Position numbers and translations under genes: made by a program. Positions 47,289 to 60,107 of a DNA stretch of 64,000 nt are shown here, piece after piece; within the stretch, counting starts at the first letter, position 1, and each line of letters starts with the position of its first letter. This stretch comes from Balanoglossus misakiensis (Eukaryota; Animalia; Hemichordata). Location: contig CM082590.2 of NCBI GenBank assembly GCA_040954595.2, positions 496,001 through 560,000 of the forward strand, given 5' to 3'. Below the pieces are notes generated by a model that saw only the letters and a list, made by a program, of their open reading frames with translations, was not told where the DNA came from and did no database searches.

Positions 47289-48777
47289 CAGTAAACCGTC
47301 GGTTATCCGAGCGTCAATTATCCGAATTGTTCGGCTATCCGAACTCACTCTGTGTCCCCGCAACGTCTACATGTATGCGTATACCTTGCTCAGGGGTTTC
47401 ATTAAGATTCAGAGTAGCAGGAGAATTTGACAAAGTAGGGGGAGTCATCTAATTTGCATAAAAGATCCATATATTTAGCATATATTTAAGGGAAAAATGT
47501 GTCCTAAAATATATGTAAAAGAAACGTGACAGTGAAGCTGCAGGGGTGGGTGTGTTAGAAAATTTTGTGATATAAAGAGCTCCAAACTACATTTTTATGA
47601 ACTCAAACATAATGAAACAAGACAATGAAGCTGCAGTGAGAATAGGTCTTTGTCCCTCCAACTTCAGCATTGGGGAGCAAATTTTACCACTGTTGTCAGC
47701 AAACAATGTTCTCCAGGAGTGTATGAACGCAGCCCTTGTTTACAATTTTAATGTCTAAAAATTAACAAAATGCAGCTGATATAATAACAATAATCCCTCA
47801 AGTCAAGGGTTGGTATACCACCAAAAATTCTACTATATCTTGGTGTACGTTTAGTGCAAACATCATGGCAGTTGATAAAACATCCTGGAATAATCGACTA
47901 TTTGATTGTCAGTCTTCACTCCTGGTGATTGCAACACAGAACGCACAATGAGTTTATAAGCCGCTCCAATACAAATCACGGTGGGGTCGTCACAATCTTC
48001 ATGTCGGCTACAGCCTAGAGTACACATATGAGTACCCAGTGTCAACTGACTGCATGTGTAACGAAATCATGCCGTGCTAAAATTCTAAAATGACGTTCAT
48101 CATGGTAAACTATAAAAATAAAACCGGAATGAAAAGACCATGAATCAAGAGAATTCAAACATGTAATGTTTTATTTTTTTTAAACAAAATGAATTCTTTC
48201 GAAAAAACACAACTCAAGATCAACTGATTGGGCCGCATGTGCAATGCTGCATCGCGAACCCATGTGTTTTTGTATCATTTTTTTTCTGTACACTGACTTA
48301 ACTTCGTCGTTTGTTGAAACGAGTTAAAATAATAATTATATTGTTACCTTCCCCTTTCATTTCTACTGCCTATAATTCTTTGAATAATTTGTTATTCCTA
48401 AAACAGACCCGCTTGGCCGGCCGAGTGCAGTTCTCTCTTGCTGAAATTGTCAGCCATTTTGTAAATGACGTTTCACAAGATTTACAAAACGGATCATTTC
48501 ATCTGATGACAGATATTCCCCTCCATACGACCTAGCATTTATGACGTCAATGGCGTAGTCCGATAGAACTTCACCCTTAAATGACACCATTGTAAACAGT
48601 ATACTTTTAACATGTTAGCCCATGTTAGTGTCTTGTCTACTATGGTACGGGTTTATGTGTGCGTGTTATATGTGAGATATGACTGAATGTGACCCCCCCC
48701 CCCTAAGATTGCATATGATCGCATATCTGAACCAAAAGCCTGTCCCCCTAGCTGTTCGGATAATCAACAGTTTACTG
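47289..48777. mobile_element. Tc1/pogo-type non-autonomous element with nested fragments
   Basis: Imperfect TIR CAGTAAACCGTCGGTTATCCGA...TCGGATAATCAACAGTTTACTG|TA. Confidence 0.55.
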
Positions 48778-50675
48778 TACTTCGCTTGTCACCCGAACAA
48801 CTGAACAAATAGAAAAGACAGACTGGCAACGCGGCATGTCCCTTTGATGTCTTTTCCGCCTCGGCAAACAACGGCAAACAATTGGCTTTAAATGTGTCAG
48901 ACACCGCGAAGCTTTCCCAGAATACTTTGCGGTTGCGTCATTATCGACAGCTACAGTACCTTGCTTGACACTGCTTGAAACACTACTTCACGACGACCAA
49001 ATTTAACACGTCAGAAGTTTTTTTAACACTAACAACCCATGCAGGCTCACAGAACACAATTCAGCGAACCGGAATCTATTCCAAAAAATTCAAGATGGAT
49101 GATCAAACCTTTTCAAATTTATGATCAAACTCACTTAATAAATATTCATAATTTTTTCGTACAAACTATTTAAGTGGTCAAACTCTTCTCTCCGATGCTC
49201 AAACTTCTTCCAATTTTCGCTGTCCACTCGCCTTCTGTCTACAGCTGACTGACAACAACAACACAAACTTTAACGAAAACACTTTTGTTATAATCAGGAA
49301 AATTCAGGACATTGCCGAAGAGGATACGTTCGGGAATCTTCAGACAAGCCTATACCAGGTTCACACACACAAAAAATTGAGACACTACTAGTATTTGCCT
49401 ATGGTAAACACAGATTCCTTTGGGTCGTTTATGTATAGGCGCTGAGGCTCGGCCCCATAGACAATGGGTTGAGGAGAGGTGTTAATCCCTACACCGGCTC
49501 TGGTTAGGCCAGAAAAGCTGTCTCAAATCTGAGACGTTTCAGGACCACTTAAACAGTTCACTCGTAATAATTTTACGCGAATACTTAATCTGAGACGCTT
49601 CAGAACCGTCTTAATGGTGTGCGTGTGACCCTCAAAGGAGTCATGCACAGGGGGATTAGGGCATGTACTTCACACCTTTTCACAATCGCATTGAGAGTCT
49701 GTCTTTTCTCTTTGTCTGTGATTGGATGAAGATTATAGTCTTGTTCTCACTAAAAGTTTCGACACCAGTGTTATGCCAGTGTTTACTCTCTGCAAACACA
49801 GGGGATTAGCCCACAGAATCTCCGTGCGTCCACACACTAAACTTTTGGCCACTGTTTTGAAATAAACACCGTCTAAATCGCCATGTTTAGCGACACGGCA
49901 ACTAACAAAATTGAGGACGTCGAGGACATTACAGCAACATGTTTCAGTTTCTATACCTGCATATGCGTTCTAGACGACTTTGTGACAGTTTTGATAATGT
50001 TTAGAAGTAAATGAATGTTAATCCATAAATGGAAAATGCCTCAGCTTTTCGGTGATCGAGAGAACCTTCCGAAAGTTGGTAGCAGACAGAAGTGTTGCAG
50101 ACCTGGCAAACTGCGAATGGTTTGAAAACTACTCGCGTCCAGTGTGATTGACTTAACAATGGAAACTGACCAAAGACAATGGGCTATACCTAATAAACAT
50201 ACCCAAAAGTCACTGCAGGGTGGCGCTTTTGAACGGTGTTTGTTTATCTTTGCGTTCTCACTGACTATTTGCGTCGGAGCGCTGGCCCAGCACTGGCCCT
50301 GACCCGCCACGCATCGCCGTCGCAAATCAACACCGGCGTAACACCGGCGTAAAGCGTTCTCACTTGTTTTTTTTCCATCGGTGTCAAATCTACACCGTTG
50401 TAGCACCGGTGTAAACGTGCCAGTGAGAACGCCACATATAGTGAAGAGCTTAGGCAGGGCTAATTTCACATAGTATGTATATCCTTTGTCCAATCTTTGA
50501 ACAAAGTCTGTGATTGACTTCAAGGGAACGCTAGTTACATCACAATTCCAAGCAAGGAGTTATCAGGCTTTATTGGGCCAGTGACATCCATGAGGCTAAA
50601 CGGCAATTTTTTGAGCAAAGCGGATAAAACACGACTGGATGCAAGACAAAGCATCACTCACAAACCAGTACTCAC

Positions 50676-50741
50676 CAGAACAGAAACTTGATGTTCCTCT
50701 AATCCTTCTTTTTTCATCTGTTCTTTGCAATAGCTAGCAAT
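50676..50741 (-). CDS. BZW: BZW exon: IASYCKEQMKKEGLEEHQVSVL
   Basis: 66 nt, CAG/GTGAGT. Homologous to IILYVKEEMKK of BZW1. Confidence 0.88.
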
Positions 50742-50909
50742 CTGTAATAAGAAATCCATCCATATAAGGTAACACAGATATTCAGTGTGTTTTCACATTT
50801 ATAACACGGCAATCCTAAAAAATCTACTGGACCTGTGTCAGATAACAAAACTCAGAGTTGGCGTGTTTGCATAAATCCTGCCTATTTGACACACTATTTA
50901 GCATTCAGG

Positions 50910-52124
50910 CAATCTGATTAAAATCAGATGTAGGGAACGGCGACGTGGTTTTTTTATGCTGTCGCCTCACACTACATCTGACCAACTCTCAATGGAGATC
51001 TCGCTGAAATCTACGAGAATTACTGGGAATCTAATCTAATCAGAAGGCGCCTTATAGCAAATGATACGCAACCCACAATCACATGACCTGGCCCCTTGCG
51101 GTTGTTACCATGGAGCTACCACAGACATATATCCCGGGCGCGAGAGTCGAATCCGCGTGGGGAATGGTTTCGAGCCAGTTCAGCGTGACGACTGAACCTC
51201 TATATTCCACCGGTCAACGAAATGTATAAGACGTGGCAACAAGTCGCAGTAAAATTGTTAGAGAATCGATTACATTTGTGTAAGGCCGTCCCAGGGAGAG
51301 ATTCTGTCGCAACAATCGTTTGTATACACGAGAGTGCACTGACTTGACTAGCTCTGCGTGCAGGTCTGTGTGTTCCCGGCGTTACACGGACGTTAGAAGA
51401 AGTTAATCACATCATATTTGGGGTCGGTTGAAGTAGACAGGGAAAGGATTTTGCTTCGATAAAATCGAATTTCGACAGAAAAAGCTGCGGTCGGGCATCC
51501 GGGTCCGGACCGCAGACGCACCAGTTTTGTCTATGGGGCTTTATGCAGGGATGTGGTGCGTCGGGAACACACAGACCTGAACGCGGAGCTATGACTTGAC
51601 ATTCCTTAGCCGAAGTTAGCGTTCTTTTTAAAAATCTGTCACATAAATTGTTTTGGGATACATGGCAGTGAAATTTGGTTTATTTTTTATAAACTTTTAC
51701 ATGAAGCACGTCATTTTCCCGACTGGCAGCATGACTACGAGGGCGAACATGACTTGTTAGGAGAGTTTATAAATGATCAACGACAGTTCATCATTTGTAT
51801 ATGGCTACAGCTCGACGTTTCACTGCTCTGCAAAAACCACTCGCATACGATGACGCCAAACAAAGAAAGATACCATGGGATAACATGTAATTGTTCACAA
51901 GAGAAAGCCAATCTTTCGTATTCTGTGCGATACTCGAAGTCAACAACAACATTTCTCCCATCTCCCAGTGCAATTCTTTAGTCGGCATAACACGCAATCT
52001 GATTGGCCGGGTCGGAACGCGAGAGTTCAGCGGGATCTCCATTGAGAGTTGGTCAGATGTAGTGTGAGGCGACAGCATAAAAAAACCACGTCGCCGTTCC
52101 CTATATCTGATTTTAATCAGATTG
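50910..52124. mobile_element. Family Z non-autonomous DNA transposon, complete (MULE- or AcademH-like)
   Basis: ~100-bp TIRs starting CAATCTGATTAAAATCAGAT; 9-bp TSD GCATTCAGG (50901-50909, 52125-52133). Confidence 0.92.
51349..51591. mobile_element. AcademH-like MITE nested in family Z
   Basis: TAGCTC...GAGCTA TIR; 9-bp TSD TGACTTGAC (51340-51348, 51592-51600). Confidence 0.9.
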
Positions 52125-52663
52125 GCATTCAGGATGCAATATACATATTTCACCCGTGTCCCACAATCTACACACACGGTAACTCAGGTCAGTAACGCTA
52201 CACAGACTACACATGACACCTTAACATTTTGAGGTATGCCCTTTGTGGTGGGAAAGAGGCTTTAAAAACCTCCATAGCAACATGTACACTTAGCAGGCTT
52301 ACTCAGTGTTGGCAGACCTGATTATTGGATTGACTGAATGTGTTGCAATTTGTGACACCATATTCAAAGGGTCCATTTACATCAATTACTGTATCTCTCA
52401 AAATGCTACTTAGTATGAGGACAACAAGCTGTTCAAAATAAGCAAATTATTTAAGGATGCATTCAAAGGAGTATGGAATGCTCAACAAAATGCTTATTGT
52501 TTAGGGTGCATGAATAAAACCCTAGCTTGTTGTCAGTGTTAAAAATAGTTCCAGGCAAGTTTTGGCCAGGTGGTGACTATGCGGCCTGTTTCGTCAACCA
52601 TTTAATCATAAGAGGCTTGTAATGAAAGTTCCTCTGCTATATGGCAAGATGGACAAGACTCAC

Positions 52664-52747
52664 CTCTTTAACATCTTGCTCATTTTCGATCATTTCAGAG
52701 ACTTCGCTCGTCAATTCTTTCTTAGAGTCAGCTGATCTTTGAAGCTC
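52664..52747 (-). CDS. BZW: BZW exon: ELQRSADSKKELTSEVSEMIENEQDVKE
   Basis: 84 nt, TAG/GTGAGT, phase 0/0. Occupies the position of the ARKELQKELQEQM segment. Confidence 0.85.
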
Positions 52748-52829
52748 CTATCAAAACAGTTCATTTGTATCATAATTATTCCACATAGTCCTCATTTACT
52801 AAATTGCTGAATCTTTAGAAAGGTGAATA

Positions 52830-53014
52830 CTGTAAAACAGGAAATATTTGCGAACAATAAATTTTAGCGACCTCCACAAGAGCGGAAAAATGCGATAATA
52901 AATAGTTGCAAAAAAACACTGTGTACAATAGAATGTTTTTCGAAGATAAAGACAAAGCGAAAATCAATCGTGGAAAAGTCTTCCTGTTGATCGCGAAAAT
53001 TTCCCATTTTACAG
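52830..53014. mobile_element. Tc1/mariner-type MITE
   Basis: TA|CTGTAAAA...TTTTACAG|TA. Confidence 0.75.
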
Positions 53015-53397
53015 TATTGCTACTTTTTAGGGTGGTCATATTTCCAGAGTTGCTGTTTTAGTTTTATCTTTTTATTTTCTGTCTCATTCGAGCTGTAATC
53101 GATCTGACATAAACTTGCAAAAATAGTGCAAAAACTTCAGCAGAACTACTTTGCCTTGCTTTTTCACACACTTAGTATCCAAAAAAGTGGGAACTGATTT
53201 AATTTCCACTCACAGCTGCCTCTGCCATAGCCCTGTGTACCTATGTGCGTGTTGACAGTGGCAGCATTTTCGGACATTTTTCTCCGTCCATAAGCAAAAT
53301 ATGATGTGACATGTCTTTTCATACATCAACAGTCACAGACTAAAATGTACTGAGCTGACACTAAGACAGACAGTGACGACGTCTTATCGGGTTCCTT

Positions 53398-53703
53398 TGG
53401 CTGTGCCAACAGTTGCACACTATAGCCTTGGAGCTAAATTACAAGTAACTGAATATGAATGTCATTTAAAACATAGTTTTGGGGGTGGGAAGATTAAATG
53501 TATTGGCCAGCACGCGCAGAAGTACATTCAATTCTCCCAGCATTTTGACTGACGGTGCATGCTATGAAGGCTTAGACGCACATGTATTGGCCGGACGGGC
53601 TGCTCATGAAGGGGTGATTTTCGCCCCCTGAACCTGTTCCAAAGGGTGCTCCAAGTGTAACAGATGGGGAATTGTGGAAATGTGCACCCTGGAGAAAACA
53701 CTG
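53398..53703 (+). repeat. Dispersed repeat fragment, paralogue of 60600-60903
   Basis: Colinear CACTATAGCC...GAGAAAACACTG in both copies. Confidence 0.7.
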
Positions 53704-53786
53704 CATACATACATAAATAGACACATATTTACAAAGAGAGATACATGTACATGTATACATTTGCGATATAGAGGGATAGACAGATA

Positions 53787-53991
53787 CTGTAAAACAAGTA
53801 TTTTCGCGAGTTGAAATTTTCGCGATATCGAGAGAAGCCACTGTTACGCAAGTATTAATTTTCGCGTTCTCGTACTGCATCATACACATTGTTCTTTCAC
53901 AACAATTTTTACACGAGTCTTTATTTTCGTGTTTTTTTCTCTCTCGTATTTCGCGTAAATTTATTGCTCGCGAAAATAACATGTTTTACAG
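53787..53991. mobile_element. Tc1/mariner-type MITE
   Basis: TA|CTGTAAAACAAG...CATGTTTTACAG|TA. Confidence 0.78.
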
Positions 53992-54087
53992 TACATACAT
54001 ACATACACAGACAGACATATGTATATACTAATCCCACACCTTCTACACTACAAGACAACTCTCCATTAGGTACACAGACATACATAC

Positions 54088-54174
54088 CATGAAGTTCACC
54101 AACTTTTCCAAGCCCACTTCATTGAAATGTTTGGCAACATACTCTGGTGTGCGTTTATTTGATGGGAAAAAGTC
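54088..54174 (-). CDS. BZW: BZW exon: DFFPSNKRTPEYVAKHFNEVGLEKLVNFM
   Basis: 87 nt, CAG/GTATGT. Homologous to ELFPANKQ...FTEAGL of BZW1. Confidence 0.92.
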
Positions 54175-54846
54175 CTGAAAAGAAAATGGCTAGTTTATAA
54201 ATAGTGAGGTCAGTTGCACCAACATTTTTTTCTGAAAATGCGATTTTGCAGAACACATGGCATCTTTTGAATTGCAATATCTCGAGAAATAATGCACCAA
54301 TTTTAAAAATGTTGCAACCATCTTGCTCCCCGTTATAAAGATATTTCGTGTTATAAATTTCTCTGATAATAAATAAATCAAAATGTGAAAAATTATAACT
54401 AAAAAAATAAAGCACATCATGTTACTGACACAGTATTGTTGCACGTCATCTATGGGTTAGTATTGACAAGTATTGTATGCTAAAAATTAGGAACAGATTT
54501 CATGTCAACTGTGTTCATATCAAAAATTGAATTACTCAAATTTGTAAAAGTAGCTTGTGAGGTTCATGACAACATATTTTTTAATTGCAAATGGATTGGT
54601 CCAATTAATATTTTATGCCAAAGACTTGTATATCAATAGAAAGTCTTTTGGCGAGTTTTATTCTTCTGTCATCAAAATTTCATGAACTGGAAGTATTAGT
54701 TTTGTCTCATTAAAAAGGGACAAATGTGAAAATTGGAACTCATGTCTGCTAATGTTGCATGAAGTTAACCAATGGTTCAGTCCAAACTTATTATTTTCTA
54801 TGGTAAGGTTGGACCTCTAAAGAGGTACCTGGGGGTGATGACCTAC

Positions 54847-54956
54847 CATCAGTTTGTTTTCCAACTGGGCTCTTCTCAAAGCAGTGGCTACATTACTGAT
54901 GTCTCTCTCCGAGATCCAAATCACAAAAGTCTCTGTCACAAAGTCCGCTGCCAGAC
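54847..54956 (-). CDS. BZW: BZW exon: (G)LAADFVTETFVIWISERDISNVATALRRAQLENKLM
   Basis: 110 nt, AAG acceptor and GTAGG donor, phase 1 to 0. Translated manually; fits the flanking exon phases. Confidence 0.9.
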
Positions 54957-55196
54957 CTTATTAAGAAAGCAGACAAATAAACCAATTGATCATTTCAAAG
55001 TTTTAAACTTTAGATTATAGAATAAACATCAAGAGATGGACAGCCAGCCATCTATTATGGTGTTCACAAAGGGACCATTGGATCTGAAACGTTTCTGACA
55101 GTCTTAGCTCAAATACTGGCCAAATTATTATGTGTGAAAGGTTTAAGTGGTCCTGAAATGCTTCCGATTAGAGAACTCTCCACGATGTTGTCTATT

Positions 55197-55535
55197 GGAG
55201 GCATCATAGTCCAGTGGTAGGAGCATCGGACTCATGATCGAAGGATCACAAGTTCGAGCCCCGGCATGGCTGTGGTGCTGTGTCCTTTGGCAAGGCACTT
55301 TACTTCTCATTGCTTCTCCCCACCCAGGAGAAATAGGTACCTGGTAGGACAGAGATCGTAATGTGTATGTTTAGCTCTGCTGCGCTGATATAACGGCTGC
55401 ACATGTGAGCTGTTGTTTGCTCCCCACGGAGTTGACTCTAAAATTTAGGTCCATAGACCTAGGTCCAATGACCATGAGAAAAACTGTAAAGCGCATTGAG
55501 ATGTATTATGTAATGCAATATATAAGAATTATATT
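55197..55535 (+). mobile_element. tRNA-derived SINE
   Basis: A box TAGTCCAGTGG, B box GTTCGAGCC, central GTGTCCTTTGGCAAGGCACTT motif, LINE-like tail TGTAAAGCGCATTGAG and (ATT)n. Confidence 0.8.
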
Positions 55536-55537
55536 AT

Positions 55538-56100
55538 ATCATGCTACCGTCCGCGATTCTGATTGGACGAGAGCTGAATTCAGCTATGGTAAAATACTGT
55601 TTTACCATGGCTAGCAGTGGTAAAACGGGCCCCTGAACTAGCATTCGGCAGCAAAAATGTTCGGTTAAACCACAGTCGCGCGTGTTTAAACCAAATAAAT
55701 AACAAAAATACTGTTGAATTAACAGACGTTTTATTTTGGAACTGCTCTGTGGAAATATTAGTCGCTTTGCCACGCGCGATGCCCGTCTTGTCACTTTTTG
55801 TCTTCTGCTTCAATTTTAATGCTCGATCCCGGCCGCTCGTGTTTACATTCCTCGTTGCCATTTTGGTTCACGATCGTAATTTCTCTTTCTGACACCGTTT
55901 CGGTAAGAAAATGACACTGATATGCCACAAAAACAATTGTTGATATAATATAATAGCAATAACCCCCGCCTCAGTCGGGTATACACTCGATTTGGGTACA
56001 ATTCGCTCCATATAGCACTCGCCTGACGGCTCGTGCTATATGTCTCGAATTGTACCCAAATCTCGTGTATACCCGTCTGCGGCGGGGGTTATTGCTTAAA
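55538..56100. mobile_element. Non-autonomous element with a 142-bp terminal palindrome (55955-56096), inserted in the SINE tail
   Basis: (ATT)n on both sides; hairpin with TGAC loop at 56024-56027. Superfamily uncertain (Crypton-like?). Confidence 0.6.
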
Positions 56101-57758
56101 TAAATATTATTATTATTGGCCTATGCTTTAACTCTGTGTGTGTGGACACAAAGCAGCTCAAATGACTTATCCTCTGTGTTAATAAATGGCAAATAGTGTC
56201 CCTGAAACTTTTCAAGATTTACCCAGCGTGGACATGGTATATGTTATCCAGTAAAATACATCACATTATGTCAGTAACACCAGTGTAATTCATTCCTTTT
56301 TATTTAGGAGCAGCATCTTTAGTATTGCAATTTTTTTCTAATTCTTGATGTTTCATTTTAGGTTAAAGGAACATTAGCTGTAACTTTTGGCTATACTTCA
56401 GTATTTTTGTTCTGTGTATCAAATGCGAATTCTTGCTCTACTCATAAACCCCGGTGCGGAAAGGCCAGGGATTCAGATTAACGTGTGTGTGTGTACGGTA
56501 GTTTATTTGGGAGTGGTCGTCGTGCATAACAACTGTGTAACTAACGGTCGGAAGCGTTGGTAGTTAATCTGCGTAATCTGTTTGACCAGGTTAGCTAATC
56601 GCAATACTTCAATTGCTGTTTCGCATGATAATCATAGCGACACACAGTTGAGGCGTTTCTACAACTTTTTTACAATGGATTGAGAGAGAGTATGAGCACA
56701 CAAAAGCATTGGCTTCTATGGCATGACGGCAAGGAAGGTGCTCAGCGTTCTTGAATTGACGTCATTGCCGGAGATTCCCGAAGATTTGTATCTGTTTTTC
56801 GCACGGCGTTTCTAGGGCCTTCATTCGGAACTGGGGGTGTGTTTCTGAAAACTTCCTAGGCAAATATTTTTATGATCATTTTACCCGTCAGAATAAACTG
56901 GCATAAATAAAAGGATGTCAAAATTGAAAGTATTGTCATTTCTTTTAATTGTTGATTTTTGGATTATCATGTGCTGTGCTCTCCCTGGCTTTTCAAAACT
57001 GTTAGTAAATTTATGAATTGGGGTTGAAAAAAATTAGTAAAATACAAATTTTTTCTTGACACAGCCCCCCCCCCCCCCCCCCCCCCCCCGATTTTCACAA
57101 ACACTAGAATTCATCGTAGGCAAATTAAATAAAACCTGATCACAATTCAAACAGACAGATATACACAAATCAACAAACTCCATGATTTTTCACACATCTG
57201 TTCTTTTACTGAACTCTCAAATTTGTGACATATTGCATGTACGTGTAAATTGTACATTTGTAAAACTTAATTACATCACAGTACAGGACTCGGGTGCAAT
57301 GGATACGCTCATCAGGGTCAATTTAGTCCTCACCCAAATAGTGTGCCATTTTGGTTAACCTATGGACATTATCATCAACACGATCAGTGGCAACTCTACC
57401 GGAAAAAAGTTTACAGCACGTGACGATTTAGGGTATCTCGACAAATACTTCGAAACACGCACGCTGTTTGACTTGCGTAACTACTACAATCATTTTACAG
57501 AAACATGCATATATTTCTTGTACTCATTGTGCGTAAAATAATTGGTTTTCGTTTTTTGTGGTTTGGTTTGGTATGGTATTTTTTTTAAATGCTACATTTT
57601 TGAGAAGAAAACTGAGTTGTAATAGAATGAATCAAAAAGCGGCAACGGTATGTTGGCCTACGGTAAAGCTTTTCACGCTCGGCGGCCATCATGCAGCTAC
57701 GCCCTGTCGGCGTATGCGCATAGCCCCACGGCCAGTACATCGATCCGAATAGACGGTT

Positions 57759-58354
57759 AAAAAATCGCGTCAAGGACACGGCGGTCCCATTGATTTATTA
57801 CACAAGAAAAAGTCTACACCGGAGTACATGGCCATATACAGACAGACACACACACACATAGCGAGAGATCAATGGGCAAGCACTGACTGGCCCATAAGCT
57901 GCCAATGGCATATGTACTGTACATACACTAAATAGAACAGCTGGTCTCTTTAAAACTTAGCCAGTTATGTAATCATTCAGGAATTTGCTGTGTAAATCAA
58001 TCACACCGGGAACTTCCTGCCTAATTAAAACAACTCAAAAAATAAAATACACACCACTTTGCAAAGCAATCTGACCAATACTTCTTGAGTTACTGAGTTT
58101 TGACCAAATTCACATTTTTCCAGCTAATTTGCATATTTTTGGCGATGACACCCACATTTGAACAAACTCCCATCTGCAGCCCAGCCTGCATCTGCACACC
58201 AAATATCAAGGTGATACACGCAGCGGTTTTCAAGTTTTTGATGTGGACGGACATACAGATATACATACATCCATACATACATACATACATACATACATAC
58301 AGACGTAACCGATCCCATAAGGTCCCATGGTATATACCAATGGGACCTAAAAAT
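57759..58354 (+). mobile_element. Family Y element, short complete copy
   Basis: GCGTCAAGGAC..GGTCCCATT head, (CATA)n and terminal hairpin. Confidence 0.75.
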
Positions 58355-58386
58355 CAATAGTGTTTTCTCCATGATGTTGAGAGACG

Positions 58387-58529
58387 GGGGTTATTACACG
58401 AATTTTGGTCGATAACGCGACGCATTCTCGTGATGTCCGTCTTTTGACTCGTTGCGAAGCGCAACTCGTCAAAATTCGGACATCACTCGAATACGACGCG
58501 TTATCGACCAAAATTCGTGTAATAACCCC
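58387..58529. repeat. 143-bp imperfect palindrome
   Basis: GGGGTTATTACACGAATTTTGGTCGATAACGCG...CGCGTTATCGACCAAAATTCGTGTAATAACCCC, loop AAG at 58457-58459. Confidence 0.9.
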
Positions 58530-58651
58530 TAATTACAACATTTAACATGTGAACTTGACAACATTTTAACAGTTACAGCTTTTTTCTACTTTAAATTAGT
58601 AGGTTTTGCAGAGGAACACTCCAGCTTGCATAACTTTCAGGGTGTGTAATT

Positions 58652-60107
58652 TAAAAAATAGCGTCAAGGACACTGTGGTCCCATTTGAGGATTATGCAGA
58701 AACAGTGACACACCAGAATAAAAATTACAGGTGACATTGCAAGCAGATATGATCTTACGATATAGAAATATGGAATGTAAAAAAATTATCAAAGAACATG
58801 CCCAATAAACGGTCATGTGTCATGGCAGTCTTACCAGTGGTGCTAGAAAAAAAAAATGACCAAAAATTGTCTGTACAAACACATATGAGAAGCAACTTCT
58901 TTCAGTCAGCCCTGGAACAGACAGACAGACACACACTGACCTGCCACTGGTAATTAAAATTTAATAGCCGGTGGTCTCTGTAACAGCTGGCCTATTAAAG
59001 CTATGTAAACATGTCTAAGTTGGGGGTAACAACTCCTTGTAAACAGTAACTTTCAAAACAACTGGACAATTGGTTTAGGAGAAGATTTGCTAACCAAAAA
59101 CAAAGAAACTTACAAAAAAATTCGCTAAATATTGAATATTTCTGATATCAGAATTGAATAAAAGTTGCACATACATGTATGTGTTATGTTATTATATCCT
59201 AAATTTCAAAGCAATCAGAGAAAAAACAAATTTCAAAGCAATCCAACAAACAGTTTCACAGAAAATATTTGTTCAAAAGTGGCAAAAACACAAATATGCA
59301 AATATCACCAAATTGTACAATATCTTACTTCAATCACTACAAGGAACATGCCTGCCAAAGTTCAATGCAATATGACAAGCAGTTTCAGAGAAAACAATTT
59401 TTTTTAAAAATTGCAAAAGTTTCCCCGATAACACATTTATGCAAATATCACATTTTTTTACAACATATTACTTGGGTTACCCCTACGAACATGCCTACCA
59501 AATTGCAAAGCAATCTGGCATGCGGTTTTAAAGAGAAAAAAAAATTGACCAAAAATGGCAAATATTGCTCAAAATTATAAATATGCAAATTTTGCAACAA
59601 TTTGAACAAAACTATGGTTACTCAGACAACAATTAGGAAGCTTCATACTAAATTTCAAAGAAGTAAGCCCATCACTTTGAGAAAAAATTTTTTTTTACCT
59701 AAAATATTGAAAAAGACTAAAAAATTCATAAAAAATAAAACATTCATGATATTAACTGAACACTTACAGGTCGGTGTGAGGTTGACATAAGGTACATGCA
59801 TACCAATTTTTAAAGCAATCTGACCAGTGGTTGTTGAGTTTCAGAGTTTTGATAAATTTCACATTTTACAAGCTAATTTGCATATTTTTGGGCCTGGCAA
59901 CTTCGTTTGAACAAACTCCTATCTACAGCCCAGCCTGCATCTACACACCAAATATTGAGGTGATACACGCAGCGGTTTTCAAGTTTTTGATGTGGACGGA
60001 CATACAGACATACATCCATCCATACATACATCCATACATACATACAGACGCAACCCATCCCATAAGGTCCCATGGTATATATACCTATACAAATGGGACC
60101 TAAAAAT
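58652..60107 (+). mobile_element. Family Y element, long complete copy
   Basis: Same head and tail as 34040-35570 but a different interior, shared with 22130-22700. Confidence 0.75.

Noticed and set aside
50041-50523. 160-aa ORF
   Set aside because: No recognisable domain, non-ATG start, and it overlaps repeat-like sequence with ACACCGG motifs.
55197-55270. tRNA-Met-like sequence (CAT in the loop)
   Set aside because: The acceptor stem does not pair well and the sequence runs straight into a SINE body and tail, so it is a SINE head rather than a tRNA gene.
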